Shown here one piece after another: positions 41,614 through 52,457 of a stretch of 64,000 nt of DNA. The notes beneath the pieces are model-generated. The model had not been told where the DNA came from and did no database searches. It saw only the letters and a list, made by a program, of their open reading frames with translations. Positions within the stretch are counted from its first letter, which is position 1; every line of letters begins with the position of its first letter. Source of the DNA: Paramoeba atlantica (Eukaryota > Protista > Discosea); NCBI GenBank assembly GCA_977017575.1, contig CDRNVI010000007.1, positions 1-64,000 on the forward strand. The letters run 5' to 3'. A program made the position numbers and the translations under genes.

Positions 41614-44600
41614 ATGAAGTTGCAGCGTCGCAGAAGATTTGAAAATTCGCCATCCTTACAGTACTTTCGAGGTTTTCTCGCCCGTACGGGATTTCCTTGG
41701 TACTCGGGTTGCAAACTCAATCTCAATGAGACCTGCGACCAATACGCAGCCGATGTCGATAAGTCCTCTTATTTGGCCTTTGAAGAAGTGAATTCTCTCG
41801 CCAATTCGCAATCTTTTGCCGTAAGTGGTTCAGACCCCTTTTCTAGTTCTCCTGAGTGCACGCATCGCGCTCTTCCTCGCATTCCTAAAAATACTTTAAT
41901 ATATTGGATTAGAAGGCTTGAACCCTATGCCAGATCAACAAAATCCTTTTGTACAAAGCTGGAAAATGAGTGGAAAAGTGAACGAAGCGATACATATCTA
42001 AATCAAAGAAAATTTCCTTCACGATACAATTCTCGTTGGTCGCGCCATGTACATCGTAAGAGTATTTACGAAAGATATTTGCAATTGAACGTTGCACAAG
42101 GCGCCCTTATAAAAGGAAACCCTAAAAAGCCTCGCATAAATACCATGACCAGAACAAACTTTTTAAATGCAGATTCCTCTGATTCAATAGACGCGGGGCT
42201 AGAAAGTCCAAGGGATGTTGAATCTACTTATGGAGCGTATGGAACTTCGATGAATCTATTATACAGCGAACAAAAAATAGCTCTTCAGGGCACAGACCCG
42301 AAGAACATGCATCGATACCTCCAAGGAAATGAAAAATACTTATCAGACGATTGGCTACCATGTCCCGAGGATTCAGAAAGACAATTTTGTGCATGCTTTT
42401 CCGGGGTTCGTTACTACGGTTGCCCTGTTTCTCACTATCAATTTCTGAGTCCATCGCCATGTGCTTACCACCGAATGGATGAGCACTTTGATGACAGTCA
42501 ATGCGCAACACACAACTTATTCAGGTGCTCAACTGACTGCTATCAAGTCAAGGAAGAATCTAAAGCCATTATTAAAGAACGGAATCAGTATCTGTACGAC
42601 GGAAGCCGAATTATTGGATTTCGGAAAATACTTTCTGAGTGTGAGTTGCAACCTACGAAGTTAATTCAGAGTCATAGCCAGCATTTACTAGGTACGCGTA
42701 TGTCTTACAATTCATATTCTCCAAAAGAAACCGTTTCGAGCCAACCTAAGCCGCCAAGAGAAAAGAAAGGCAAGAAAACGTCAGATTCTAATATTATATC
42801 GAGCAACAAAGATCGGGATGGAATGGCGCCATCTTCTGGCACTAACCTGATTTCTAAAGCCAGCACGGAAAGAATAATTTTTGAAAACAGTTCGACTGTC
42901 AGTCCTTCTGTACAAGAAGTGAGAATCCCATCCTCGTCGAGAAATGATCCGAAACCCTCGATAGACGTAAACGAAGAGTCAAAAACGAATTGCGAAGGAG
43001 TGAGCAAAAAATCTTGTATTAATTCAAAATACACATACCACAGAAATGCTAATCTTTTCCTACAAAGAGTGTGGGCTCGACAATTTTTCTTGTTATTATC
43101 TCGCCTTTTTCTGTCGAAAAGAAACGGACTATCTGAGGTACCGACCCCGTATCTTATTCACGAATTTGTCTCTCTCCTATCTCCTTTGCTGTGCGTTAAG
43201 CCTTGTCCCTCCCGCGAAGTGCTGTCCACAGTTTTGCAAAAGCTACGACTAGACGAATTAAGCTCGAATGTTAGCTCCGAGTTAGTCCTTTTCTTTCTCT
43301 CTGAACTTATAGAACTGTATCACACATTCTTTTCCGTATGTGGGAATATCTGGGGTGAGAAGACACCGAGTTTATCGGGAGGTTGTGTCCCCGACACTGA
43401 TTTCCATTCTGTGCACGTTGCGTTTACAATGCTCTTTTGTATACCGCTGTCGGGATGGGCGGAACTCGACCTCATTGCCCTGTTTCTTCTTACGATGCGT
43501 GAATTGCACAGCAGTGCCACCCGTAATATCGAACAACCATTAGATTCGCATACGGATCGTACGGGTATTACACAAGAGGAAAATCAAAGCGAAGATAGTG
43601 AAGAAGATGTGGACGTTCATTGGGACTATATATTTTGCGATTCCGGTAGGAAAGACAAAGCGACGTTCATTCCGTGTACGCGCTATGATGAACCGACCAA
43701 GAAATTTCTTTATTTGAGGGCTCGCCTGTTTCGTTTCTTGCGGTCGCATGAAATTATGCGCTCGTCGTACTGCATCGACGAAAGGTTAACCAAACAGGGT
43801 GATTCCATCGTGTACATCTGCTGTAGAGGATGGAAAGAAAATCAAAGCTTTTTCAAGCCAGAAGTAGCAACTACTATCGATCTTGCAAACTATAATATGA
43901 GTAGTGTTCTTTCAGAAATTCCGAGTTATTGGGTTCCATGGAGTGCAGTCATAAGCCGAGTGGCTTCGAAACTTAGCCCTTTGCCGGATTCGAGTCTAAC
44001 GAAATGTATAGAAATCTTAAGTTCTACTCCTGAATGGATTATGAATACCAATGGATTATGTATGACTCAGGGTGCAGCACCAAATAAAGACGCAGTCTGC
44101 CAGAATTCCATCATTTGCGTAGTCAAAGTAGGTAAGCCTGGGAAATTATCGGACTCAAAGGAAAAATCACTTATATTTGTCAAACGAAACGTTTTTGAGA
44201 ATGACGAACACGAAGAGGCTCAAATACGGACTCTCTTTCATCAGGAGAAGTGCCTCAGAAATTTGGAGAAGCATCACTTCCGAAAAGTTTTGGATTCTAA
44301 CATACAAACAGGATGGAAAGAAATTACCAGCCCGATATTCGAAGTGAACAAAAGGTTAGTGATGGGTTGGTTGAGGCATAACGCAACTGTCGCTCCCTAC
44401 TTAAACTATGAAGGGTGGAATGCAAGAATCGCTGACTTACGAAACTCCATTGAGAGATTACGAAGAACTCCCAATATTTATGGAGATAAAAATGGTATAA
44501 GTGCTTCAAAAATGAGGCGATTTCTTCCATTTAAAGTAGAAAAGCTTCCAAAACATCTCCAAGTTTGGATTAATTTTGGGAATAGCGTTGCGATTCCCGC

Positions 44601-47600
44601 ACCTGGCACCTTGAACGCAGAAATACTTGCAGCGGTTTGTCCCGAATATTTTCGATATGACGAAGCATCTCAGACTCTTAGCTGCTTGGCTTCAGAGGAA
44701 AAATCTAGTGATACACCCACAACGCTATCCACGTTTGGTAGTTTTGTTGATAAACTATCGATACCACGCGCTCCCGAGCCTTCCGATAAAGCATCTAGCA
44801 GTTCACCCTCAAAGGTCGACACTACGAGTGCGCATGAAACTAGAGGATCAGTGATAAATATTGATGCATCAGAAGAGCTTAACCAGAGCTACATTCCCCA
44901 GGAAGCCGCAAGGCCAATTGACTATGACACCACCCCTTGGAATGGTACTTGGCTATATCGGGAGCTCTATTCTGCGTATCATAACTTACTTGTGCTAAAG
45001 CATATAGCGAAACTTTATGAAGACACTCGGTCGACTAATCGGCTCAATGGAGAGAACCCACTAGTCTTCTTGAGTATTTCGAAACTCAAAAACATGTTTT
45101 CCCCAGAGCTTAATCAATTTGTTGCTCGAGTTTGGCATGGCGACATCATATCTTTATTGAAATCATTCTCGGAATGTGTCGTTGTAGACAGGGCGTCCGA
45201 AACCATCTCTCTGTGCGAATCAGCAAGATATAACCGTAGAAAATACGATGTACAGGCTGCAATTTTGGAGAAATACATACCTGTGGTCGGGTGGATTCGA
45301 ATCTCCTCTTTGGAACCTCTTTTCTTAGGTTTGCGCGTGCAGAAGATCGTGGAAGAAATTGAATTGAACAGGATACACAGCGACAAGTACCGTATCGATG
45401 TTGTACAACCCGGCAATTATTCTGTGATCTCCCGTCGAATTTGGGGAGATTTTCAGACGCAGACTACGCCGCAGCGACTGATAGCAGACGATATTTTCCC
45501 TTTACAGGCAATTACTGTGCTCAATGAGGTAATTGCAGCAGTTCCTGAATATTGGGTTCCTGTGCACGAAGTCCTGAAGCGACTTCCTAGGCATGTTAAA
45601 TCGGCATTAGAAATTGTGACACTTTCGCGACTGATGCAGGTTTTTGCACCCCATCGCTTTCTGCTCGTCTCTTCATACTTAGAATTTGGTGAAAGACCCA
45701 AAATAGGAGACGCAAATCGCATACCAAATAAATTCCCTGGTGATTCGAAACCTACCAGGCGGCACCTTATTCGACGCTGTCCTTCAGATGAAGTTCATGA
45801 AAAGATGGTAAAGAAAAGTCCCACTGTTTACCCCTTTCCTCCGTGTTCGTACGTTTATCACAAGTTCGATCTAGTTGAAACTAATGTTTGGTATCTTGCA
45901 GTGGCTTTATCTGAATACAGCTGCCCCATAAGCACGGAGAAAATGCTTCAAGAACTCCCTGTTGATCTTGTTCGATGGCTTAGAGATCATTGCCCCTTTA
46001 CCATGTGTTCCTTGGCTGAGATGTATCCCTCGCTGTTTGAGTGCGTGTCGGAAGAGGAAACGAATTCTACGAATTCGGGTATCGATGCGATGGATCATGG
46101 CCTGAGCCAACAAGCGAAGAAGTCTTCAGAGTCTGCATTCGGCAACCTATTTCGCGTAGCCGCAAGGTGTGGAAAGGTCCTAAAACTCTACGATGCTAAA
46201 ACGGCGAGTACTACGTGTACTTCTTTCGAGAAAAAATCACGAACGGGTCGCTTAGCCCGAGTTGCGACGCACTCCTTATTGAAGGAAATTTGGAACCGAC
46301 TATCACCAGAGTTGTGGACAACTCTGCCGAAAGATATTTCTCTAAAAATACTGCACGGTAGGTCCTTCGGTAATTTCACTCCACCCCGTGGAGGAAGGCG
46401 CTACCCTGTTGGTTCCTCATCAGACACAGACCGCTTCAGAAAGCAAGCTTCGTTTCAAAGCCACAGCCTAGAGAGCCGCAGCCGTTTCCCAAGAAACTCC
46501 AATTCCACAATAAAGTACACTGCTTCACCGCCTGCTGTAAATCGTTTTTCTCTATTTGGGCAGAACAATGCCCCCGTTTCACACAAGGTGCAAAAGAATT
46601 CTGCAGGTCACGTCCTGAAGTACCCGAATTCAACGGACCATATACCCCATTCAAACAAAAGTGTGACACGGGAAGAAAACCGGACAGAACCTCTGACACG
46701 TCTAAATAGTACACGAAGAACTGTTGTTGAGACGCCACGATCCAGCGGAAATGAAGACTTCTTCAATAAAGTTGAACCGCACACGTACAGATCAGTTGTT
46801 ATCCCTCCCAGTACCGTAACGGATGCAAAGCCTCGGATAGACAAAGTCAAACCTTGGATAAGCGAAGAGAAATCTCAAATTAGCCAAGGGGAACCTCGCG
46901 CCAGTCAAGAGACACCTCGGATGAACGAAGAGGGAACTCCAACAGCAAAGCGTGAAAGCATAGCGTGGTCAGGCGCCGTGCTTGCACAAGCCGGAACACT
47001 TGCTACAAAACGGATCAATCTCCTTTCGTTGGTTATTAAAAAGGTATCTAAACTAGCTTGCGATGAAGACGAAGACTTTATTGGGATTGATTTGCATTCA
47101 AACGACTTCTCGAGGTACATCAACTCTAAAAAATTATGGAAGATGGTCCCTACGAGCGCACATCACTACATTGACAATTACTGGAGCGGTTCATTTGAAA
47201 ACTTTCTTTTAAGACATCATCGTATTCTAGTTCTGAAACCAAAAATAAACTCTACCATACCACATGACGAAAGTCAAGTTTGGTTAAGACCACTGCATAC
47301 CAGTATGCACAATTCCAAAATATGTACGACCTCTTACTTTTCTTACGTCTTGCGCCTCTTCGTTCCGGAGATCGGGTGGACTCATCTAAAATCAATACTT
47401 CCTCTGTTTCACGGAGTCGATGAATCTCAAGTACAGGAACAGATAGAAAAAGACAAGACCCTTCGCGGTGCGTATCATTCGAAAAAGTCGGGTGAAAACT
47501 ATTTTTTAAGAAAGAAAACATGGTACGTGCATGACACGGTTCCAGGAACACCATTTACCTTGACGCTTGAACTCTACGAGTTGATGAACGCGTTATATCT

Positions 47601-50600
47601 TCTCCTACCGAGCTACTACGTGCCACTAGAGGAACTTATTTCCCAGTTCACAACGAAAGAAATGACTCTGTTTCTTACAGTCAAACCCTATCGGCTTCTT
47701 CAATGGATGTCAGGATCTGGAAATGCGTGTCTTATATCCTGGATATCATTTTCCTACAGAAAGTCCAATCAAGATTGTAACCGGAAAGCTTTGGAAAGCA
47801 AACATCCTTTAAGCGAGAAGGGAGATACTGTGCAATCCTTCTTTGTGCGTCGATCTGCCCCAATTTCAAACGTTTTGTATCCTTCGTGCATGGCTCATTA
47901 CGCTGGATATAATGACCTATCCTTGCGAAGCGTAGAACTTGCAATTTATATGTGCTTTGCTACAATCCTGAAATCCGAAGATGAACGCGAGGTACTGCTC
48001 TCAAGTTCTGATAATCATTTTCTTTCTGCCTTATCTCCAGTCATGAGCGTGGGTGACATCATCGAAATCTTGCCTGAAACGCTCAAATATTGGATGCTAT
48101 ATGAATGTCCATTCGAGCCCCATACCTTTTTCCGAATGACAACATCTTTGTTCGAAGCATACAGCGTAGACTGTGGATCAGATGTCACATCGCAGGCGGA
48201 TCATGAGGGTGAGGATGAGAGTCCGATTAAAAAAAAAACTGTTGGTTCCGATCCTGATCAAAATTTGAAGGAAGTGCCTAAGAAGGGGATATGGTATAGC
48301 GGTCCTCAGTATAGAAGCCGAGTGCACGCCATGTTGAGCGCGGAAGAACTGCGAACTCTTTTTCATGATATACTGAATCTCGTAAGGGAATCGAACGACA
48401 CTTCTCGAAACGTGCGCGAAGGTTTATGTTCTATTGTATTACAAGAAGCGATTTCCATCCGGTATCGCACTATGACTGGTGAGATAAGCTCTCGGTGGAC
48501 GAGTGCTCTATACGAGGAAGGTGAAGAAGCTTTCGAGGATGCTACAAACCCCTTTTCTGCAGAAAATGAGCCGTGTGGGACGCATCATTATTTCGTCAAT
48601 GTAGCGGTACCCTCGAACAATCCATATTTTGTTAAAATACACGAACGCTTCTCACTTTCTCCAACACCCAACGATCGGTTTTCATTTTCCGACGCTGCCA
48701 CTGCAGACAATAGAAAGAAAGGTAACGTTATTCGCTTTGCATGTCCGGAATGGGAACCCGCATCTAATGGCACACTACAAGAGCGGGAGCTCATTTTGGA
48801 GACATTCTTACAGGATTTTGGATACAACAGTGCCTCACCACAACATGAATATCACCGCGTTGAACACTCAAACAGTACAGCTCTTCGTGGAAGCAGTGAA
48901 GTGCAGAAAACAATCGTCAGGCAACTTTTATGTCGACCCGACCGGCTTAGTGCGGAGTATATCGCAGAAGTCCTAGAAGATAATGCAACTCGCTTGAAAC
49001 TAGCAGTATGGCTGCAAAACGCGGTAATTCAATCTAGAAAGAAACGTAAAACGCAAGAGAAAAGGACCAAGAAAAATCGATTAAAACAGCCAAGGAATTC
49101 GATCAATGGCATGGAACTCAATATGCCGAAAGAAATGGAGAAATATTTTGATTCGTCGTGGGACTCATCCGCTGAGAAGTTCGTTGCCGCGCACTCTTTC
49201 GTTTTTGACTATAATGCAGAGAAGGGGTCCGTGCGACTGCACCCTTACAGCGATGACCAACTGTTCAGCATCTTGGACTCTTTTGTCCCTATCGTAGGAT
49301 GGTTTTCGTGCAGGGATCTCGAATGTCTCATACAAGTGTGTCAAACAGGAAAACAACAGGAATCTGCATCGATTCATTTAAACAATATTGTTGATGAACA
49401 CCCGATCTTGAAGAGATCCCACATGGTTTTGCACCATTGCAATGACAGGTATATTGGTCGCAAAGATTGGGGGATTACACGAGAACGTTTCCCTGTTTCG
49501 GAATTCAGGAACAAAAATTCTTTGTTAATGCTTGAGCTAAAATTTACCGATGCCATGGCACTGGCGGCGCCGTCCTACTGGGTTCCTCTGACGTTGACTT
49601 TAACTCGATTACCCCCGGCAGCCCTTGAGCTCATCAAAGAGAGAAACATTGCGAGCCTTCTAAACTGTTACGCCCCTTATCGTTATTTTGAACTTCGCTG
49701 CTGCCCGCTTATTCACCCCACCACAAATGAGGTCACCGAGGTAGTTTATATCCGGCGTTCCCTCCATAACAACCCTCTGATGGCATGTTCCGAACGTTAC
49801 AGGTCGTTTCACAGCCTTCCCACCCGAGTAGCACAAATTTCATGGTGTCTATCCGACCAGCTCACCCCGCTACGTCTTAAGGAGATTGCCGAGCTCCTGC
49901 CTATGGAGCTCGCACGTTGGTTAGAACACGACTGCCCCTACACCTTTGTAACCCTCGCACGGCTTTTTCCACAGCTTCTTGAGACCATCACAGATTATGA
50001 GGACTCCCTAAGTTCTCATGGAACACCCATTCACCGGTATAGAAGTTCGCTCGTCTCTTCATTTAATGATTCACAAGAGGAGCTGCCGGAAAGCGCAACA
50101 ACAACAACAACGTCTTCCTCAGCCATGCCTTCTCCTCATTATTTCGATGATCAAATGGTCCTCAGCAACGTCCCGAAAACATGTGAGGAAAACAAAGAGG
50201 CTATTCTCCAGTTCAGTACGCATTTTCATTTCGCCATGAAAATGTCTTCCCCCCAAGGGGTAGGCGCGGGGCTTTATTTGGACCTCGCGAGAAGCAGCTG
50301 CGGGCACGTCACGTTGGCCTATCAAAGGTGGAGGGAAGATTGTGGGGATTACGCGAGAAAGAGGGGGAAGTCGGAGAGCAGCATTCTGGAGAGAAGGGTG
50401 TCCTCTGTGGGACTGCCGCGCGCGGAGAGTTCTTTGGATGATTTGGGAGGAGAGGAGGAGGAGCTCGAGGAGACAAGATTTAAAACGTTTGTGCAGTCCT
50501 TGAGGGAGAGCGTAGAACTGCCGCCTGGGTGGTCGTCGCAGGTAAAAGGGGATGAAAAGAGGTATGATTCACCCGGGGACCTTTCCAAGGAGGACTGGTT

Positions 50601-51183
50601 CTCGGTAACAGCTGAAATCGGGAAGATTGTCGATCATGGGGCCGATGTGACTCGACTTTCCAGTTGCTGGTTTTCGAAACGTGTGAAGCTTGCCCGTCGA
50701 AATACAACTCTTCACATCAGTGCTCGACTATTTTTACATACGGAGTGGGAATCAGAAGTGTTGGATCCCACTCCATTTGACGAGAGTGCTCGTTTTATGT
50801 GGACTAGAAATACCAATACAGAAAGATCATGTGAACATTGTGAATGGGATGAAATTCTACAGGAAGATACCTCTTTCGTAGTGAAGACGGAGAGCATTCC
50901 CTTGACGACAGCTCCGTCTCAAAAGTTGCTTCAGCGTTTATCGACCCATCTCTATCGATTTTCTTCGCTATTATCTGCGGCGCGAAACATTGCGACAGCC
51001 AACTTACTTATTTGTCCACACGAAAATCGCATGTCATGCGTTTCAGGTGGAACGAGGAACTTGGGAACGACCAAAACTCCTTCTGAGGAGGCTCTAGTGA
51101 ATGATGACGATCGGACCCCGAAAAAAATCTACAAGACAAAAAGGAGCTCATCAAAGGAACGTAAAAAGAAGGCCCGAAAATAA
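41614..51183 (+). CDS. 3189-aa protein with three repeated four-module cassettes (winged-helix/LOTUS-like?)
   Basis: Recurring motifs (Y/W)W..(S/D).., F(V/I)P..GW, P(S/E)Y(W/Y)VP and LP....W....CP(F/Y) in the same order three times. Confidence 0.85.
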   Translation: MKLQRRRRFENSPSLQYFRGFLARTGFPWYSGCKLNLNETCDQYAADVDKSSYLAFEEVNSLANSQSFAVSGSDPFSSSPECTHRALPRIPKNTLIYWIRRLEPYARSTKSFCTKLENEWKSERSDTYLNQRKFPSRYNSRWSRHVHRKSIYERYLQLNVAQGALIKGNPKKPRINTMTRTNFLNADSSDSIDAGLESPRDVESTYGAYGTSMNLLYSEQKIALQGTDPKNMHRYLQGNEKYLSDDWLPCPEDSERQFCACFSGVRYYGCPVSHYQFLSPSPCAYHRMDEHFDDSQCATHNLFRCSTDCYQVKEESKAIIKERNQYLYDGSRIIGFRKILSECELQPTKLIQSHSQHLLGTRMSYNSYSPKETVSSQPKPPREKKGKKTSDSNIISSNKDRDGMAPSSGTNLISKASTERIIFENSSTVSPSVQEVRIPSSSRNDPKPSIDVNEESKTNCEGVSKKSCINSKYTYHRNANLFLQRVWARQFFLLLSRLFLSKRNGLSEVPTPYLIHEFVSLLSPLLCVKPCPSREVLSTVLQKLRLDELSSNVSSELVLFFLSELIELYHTFFSVCGNIWGEKTPSLSGGCVPDTDFHSVHVAFTMLFCIPLSGWAELDLIALFLLTMRELHSSATRNIEQPLDSHTDRTGITQEENQSEDSEEDVDVHWDYIFCDSGRKDKATFIPCTRYDEPTKKFLYLRARLFRFLRSHEIMRSSYCIDERLTKQGDSIVYICCRGWKENQSFFKPEVATTIDLANYNMSSVLSEIPSYWVPWSAVISRVASKLSPLPDSSLTKCIEILSSTPEWIMNTNGLCMTQGAAPNKDAVCQNSIICVVKVGKPGKLSDSKEKSLIFVKRNVFENDEHEEAQIRTLFHQEKCLRNLEKHHFRKVLDSNIQTGWKEITSPIFEVNKRLVMGWLRHNATVAPYLNYEGWNARIADLRNSIERLRRTPNIYGDKNGISASKMRRFLPFKVEKLPKHLQVWINFGNSVAIPAPGTLNAEILAAVCPEYFRYDEASQTLSCLASEEKSSDTPTTLSTFGSFVDKLSIPRAPEPSDKASSSSPSKVDTTSAHETRGSVINIDASEELNQSYIPQEAARPIDYDTTPWNGTWLYRELYSAYHNLLVLKHIAKLYEDTRSTNRLNGENPLVFLSISKLKNMFSPELNQFVARVWHGDIISLLKSFSECVVVDRASETISLCESARYNRRKYDVQAAILEKYIPVVGWIRISSLEPLFLGLRVQKIVEEIELNRIHSDKYRIDVVQPGNYSVISRRIWGDFQTQTTPQRLIADDIFPLQAITVLNEVIAAVPEYWVPVHEVLKRLPRHVKSALEIVTLSRLMQVFAPHRFLLVSSYLEFGERPKIGDANRIPNKFPGDSKPTRRHLIRRCPSDEVHEKMVKKSPTVYPFPPCSYVYHKFDLVETNVWYLAVALSEYSCPISTEKMLQELPVDLVRWLRDHCPFTMCSLAEMYPSLFECVSEEETNSTNSGIDAMDHGLSQQAKKSSESAFGNLFRVAARCGKVLKLYDAKTASTTCTSFEKKSRTGRLARVATHSLLKEIWNRLSPELWTTLPKDISLKILHGRSFGNFTPPRGGRRYPVGSSSDTDRFRKQASFQSHSLESRSRFPRNSNSTIKYTASPPAVNRFSLFGQNNAPVSHKVQKNSAGHVLKYPNSTDHIPHSNKSVTREENRTEPLTRLNSTRRTVVETPRSSGNEDFFNKVEPHTYRSVVIPPSTVTDAKPRIDKVKPWISEEKSQISQGEPRASQETPRMNEEGTPTAKRESIAWSGAVLAQAGTLATKRINLLSLVIKKVSKLACDEDEDFIGIDLHSNDFSRYINSKKLWKMVPTSAHHYIDNYWSGSFENFLLRHHRILVLKPKINSTIPHDESQVWLRPLHTSMHNSKICTTSYFSYVLRLFVPEIGWTHLKSILPLFHGVDESQVQEQIEKDKTLRGAYHSKKSGENYFLRKKTWYVHDTVPGTPFTLTLELYELMNALYLLLPSYYVPLEELISQFTTKEMTLFLTVKPYRLLQWMSGSGNACLISWISFSYRKSNQDCNRKALESKHPLSEKGDTVQSFFVRRSAPISNVLYPSCMAHYAGYNDLSLRSVELAIYMCFATILKSEDEREVLLSSSDNHFLSALSPVMSVGDIIEILPETLKYWMLYECPFEPHTFFRMTTSLFEAYSVDCGSDVTSQADHEGEDESPIKKKTVGSDPDQNLKEVPKKGIWYSGPQYRSRVHAMLSAEELRTLFHDILNLVRESNDTSRNVREGLCSIVLQEAISIRYRTMTGEISSRWTSALYEEGEEAFEDATNPFSAENEPCGTHHYFVNVAVPSNNPYFVKIHERFSLSPTPNDRFSFSDAATADNRKKGNVIRFACPEWEPASNGTLQERELILETFLQDFGYNSASPQHEYHRVEHSNSTALRGSSEVQKTIVRQLLCRPDRLSAEYIAEVLEDNATRLKLAVWLQNAVIQSRKKRKTQEKRTKKNRLKQPRNSINGMELNMPKEMEKYFDSSWDSSAEKFVAAHSFVFDYNAEKGSVRLHPYSDDQLFSILDSFVPIVGWFSCRDLECLIQVCQTGKQQESASIHLNNIVDEHPILKRSHMVLHHCNDRYIGRKDWGITRERFPVSEFRNKNSLLMLELKFTDAMALAAPSYWVPLTLTLTRLPPAALELIKERNIASLLNCYAPYRYFELRCCPLIHPTTNEVTEVVYIRRSLHNNPLMACSERYRSFHSLPTRVAQISWCLSDQLTPLRLKEIAELLPMELARWLEHDCPYTFVTLARLFPQLLETITDYEDSLSSHGTPIHRYRSSLVSSFNDSQEELPESATTTTTSSSAMPSPHYFDDQMVLSNVPKTCEENKEAILQFSTHFHFAMKMSSPQGVGAGLYLDLARSSCGHVTLAYQRWREDCGDYARKRGKSESSILERRVSSVGLPRAESSLDDLGGEEEELEETRFKTFVQSLRESVELPPGWSSQVKGDEKRYDSPGDLSKEDWFSVTAEIGKIVDHGADVTRLSSCWFSKRVKLARRNTTLHISARLFLHTEWESEVLDPTPFDESARFMWTRNTNTERSCEHCEWDEILQEDTSFVVKTESIPLTTAPSQKLLQRLSTHLYRFSSLLSAARNIATANLLICPHENRMSCVSGGTRNLGTTKTPSEEALVNDDDRTPKKIYKTKRSSSKERKKKARK

Positions 51184-51437
51184 GCAACTGCGGCGCCTGT
51201 ATCTTGAAAACCTTATGGTGTCAAGAGAGGGTGAGCGTTTCTTGTGCATTTTGTATTATAAGTGATGTTTTTTTATTATGAGAATTTGTGATAAAGCACT
51301 CACCACCTAAATATTTCAGAATGAAAAATAAATGATCTAGTAATAAATGACACATCTGTTTAGTGCACAACTCTTGTTACCTACTTATTTTCCTTCTCAT
51401 GATTCAGAGCAGAATTTATTCGCCATGTGTTCTCATC

Positions 51438-52457
51438 ATGCATGAGCCATCATTTTCTTTTTTGTATCATACATCACGATCCAGATCTCCTGTGATTCCT
51501 CGCTGGTTCAACACGTCTAGAAGGTACTTTACCGGAACGAGTGCTAACGGTCAAGATAAATACAATTCTCTGTCAACTCACGTGTCGAACATTTCATTAT
51601 GCAGAGCAGACATATTTCCTGTTCCACACAACTTTTTCACCTTGACACCGTACACACGTTTTACAGCCGACTATCTGGTGAGTGCTTCAATAAAATATGG
51701 ACATCACACTCATTTGTGGATCAATCCTGAACAGTTACAGTCATTATCTTACCGACTGCGAATGCTTCGAAGCACTGTGACGGGCCACACAGGCCAACTT
51801 CGGGACTTACTATCTCGAAATATCTCATTTCTTTTTGGTGCTTCCACGAAAATCAACAAAGAAGACAAAATTGACAAAAAGACCACAAAAAACGTGCCGC
51901 AGCCCGATGCTGATTCCGCAACATCCGAACACGACACCGTGCGAGTACCTGATGTAGAAGAACTAGATTTTCCAGAATCTGAACTAGAGATCTGCGCGAG
52001 TGAATTAGGGAGAAGCAGCGATGATTTGGTTCCATATTTAAAGCGGTTAACCGAAATCCGTTTGTACAACATTTCGCAGCTATCTGAGCCAAAATGGTTA
52101 ATGGATTTGCTTTACCTTCGACTAGAGGATGTAAAGGATAATCCATCGTCTGAAAATGCATATCAGGATCAAATTGAGAATATCCTGAATAAGTACTGTC
52201 CGATTTTGGCTTCTGAAAAAGCGAATGATACAGCAAAGCAATGCAGTGAAAGTGTACAGGAGGAAATGGCAAGTGATTGCGAAGACACTGCGGCAATTTT
52301 GGAGCATGCTGACGTCAATACAGCTACAGTTTTACAAAAAAGTATCATGTGTAATGCAGAGGCAACAGAATCCTGCTCAAAATCAGAAAGAAGAGAAGTC
52401 AAGCCCGACCCTTTTGAAAAGGAGATCACTTTCGCAGATCTGTGGATGTCAGACTGA
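51438..52457 (+). CDS. Tc38/p38-like (ArdC-N type) kinetoplastid ssDNA-binding protein, tentative
   Basis: L..ASIKYG....LWI...Q and LYNISQL..P motifs; Arg/Ser-rich presequence-like N-terminus; start codon uncertain (51363-51438). Confidence 0.45.
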   Translation: MHEPSFSFLYHTSRSRSPVIPRWFNTSRRYFTGTSANGQDKYNSLSTHVSNISLCRADIFPVPHNFFTLTPYTRFTADYLVSASIKYGHHTHLWINPEQLQSLSYRLRMLRSTVTGHTGQLRDLLSRNISFLFGASTKINKEDKIDKKTTKNVPQPDADSATSEHDTVRVPDVEELDFPESELEICASELGRSSDDLVPYLKRLTEIRLYNISQLSEPKWLMDLLYLRLEDVKDNPSSENAYQDQIENILNKYCPILASEKANDTAKQCSESVQEEMASDCEDTAAILEHADVNTATVLQKSIMCNAEATESCSKSERREVKPDPFEKEITFADLWMSD

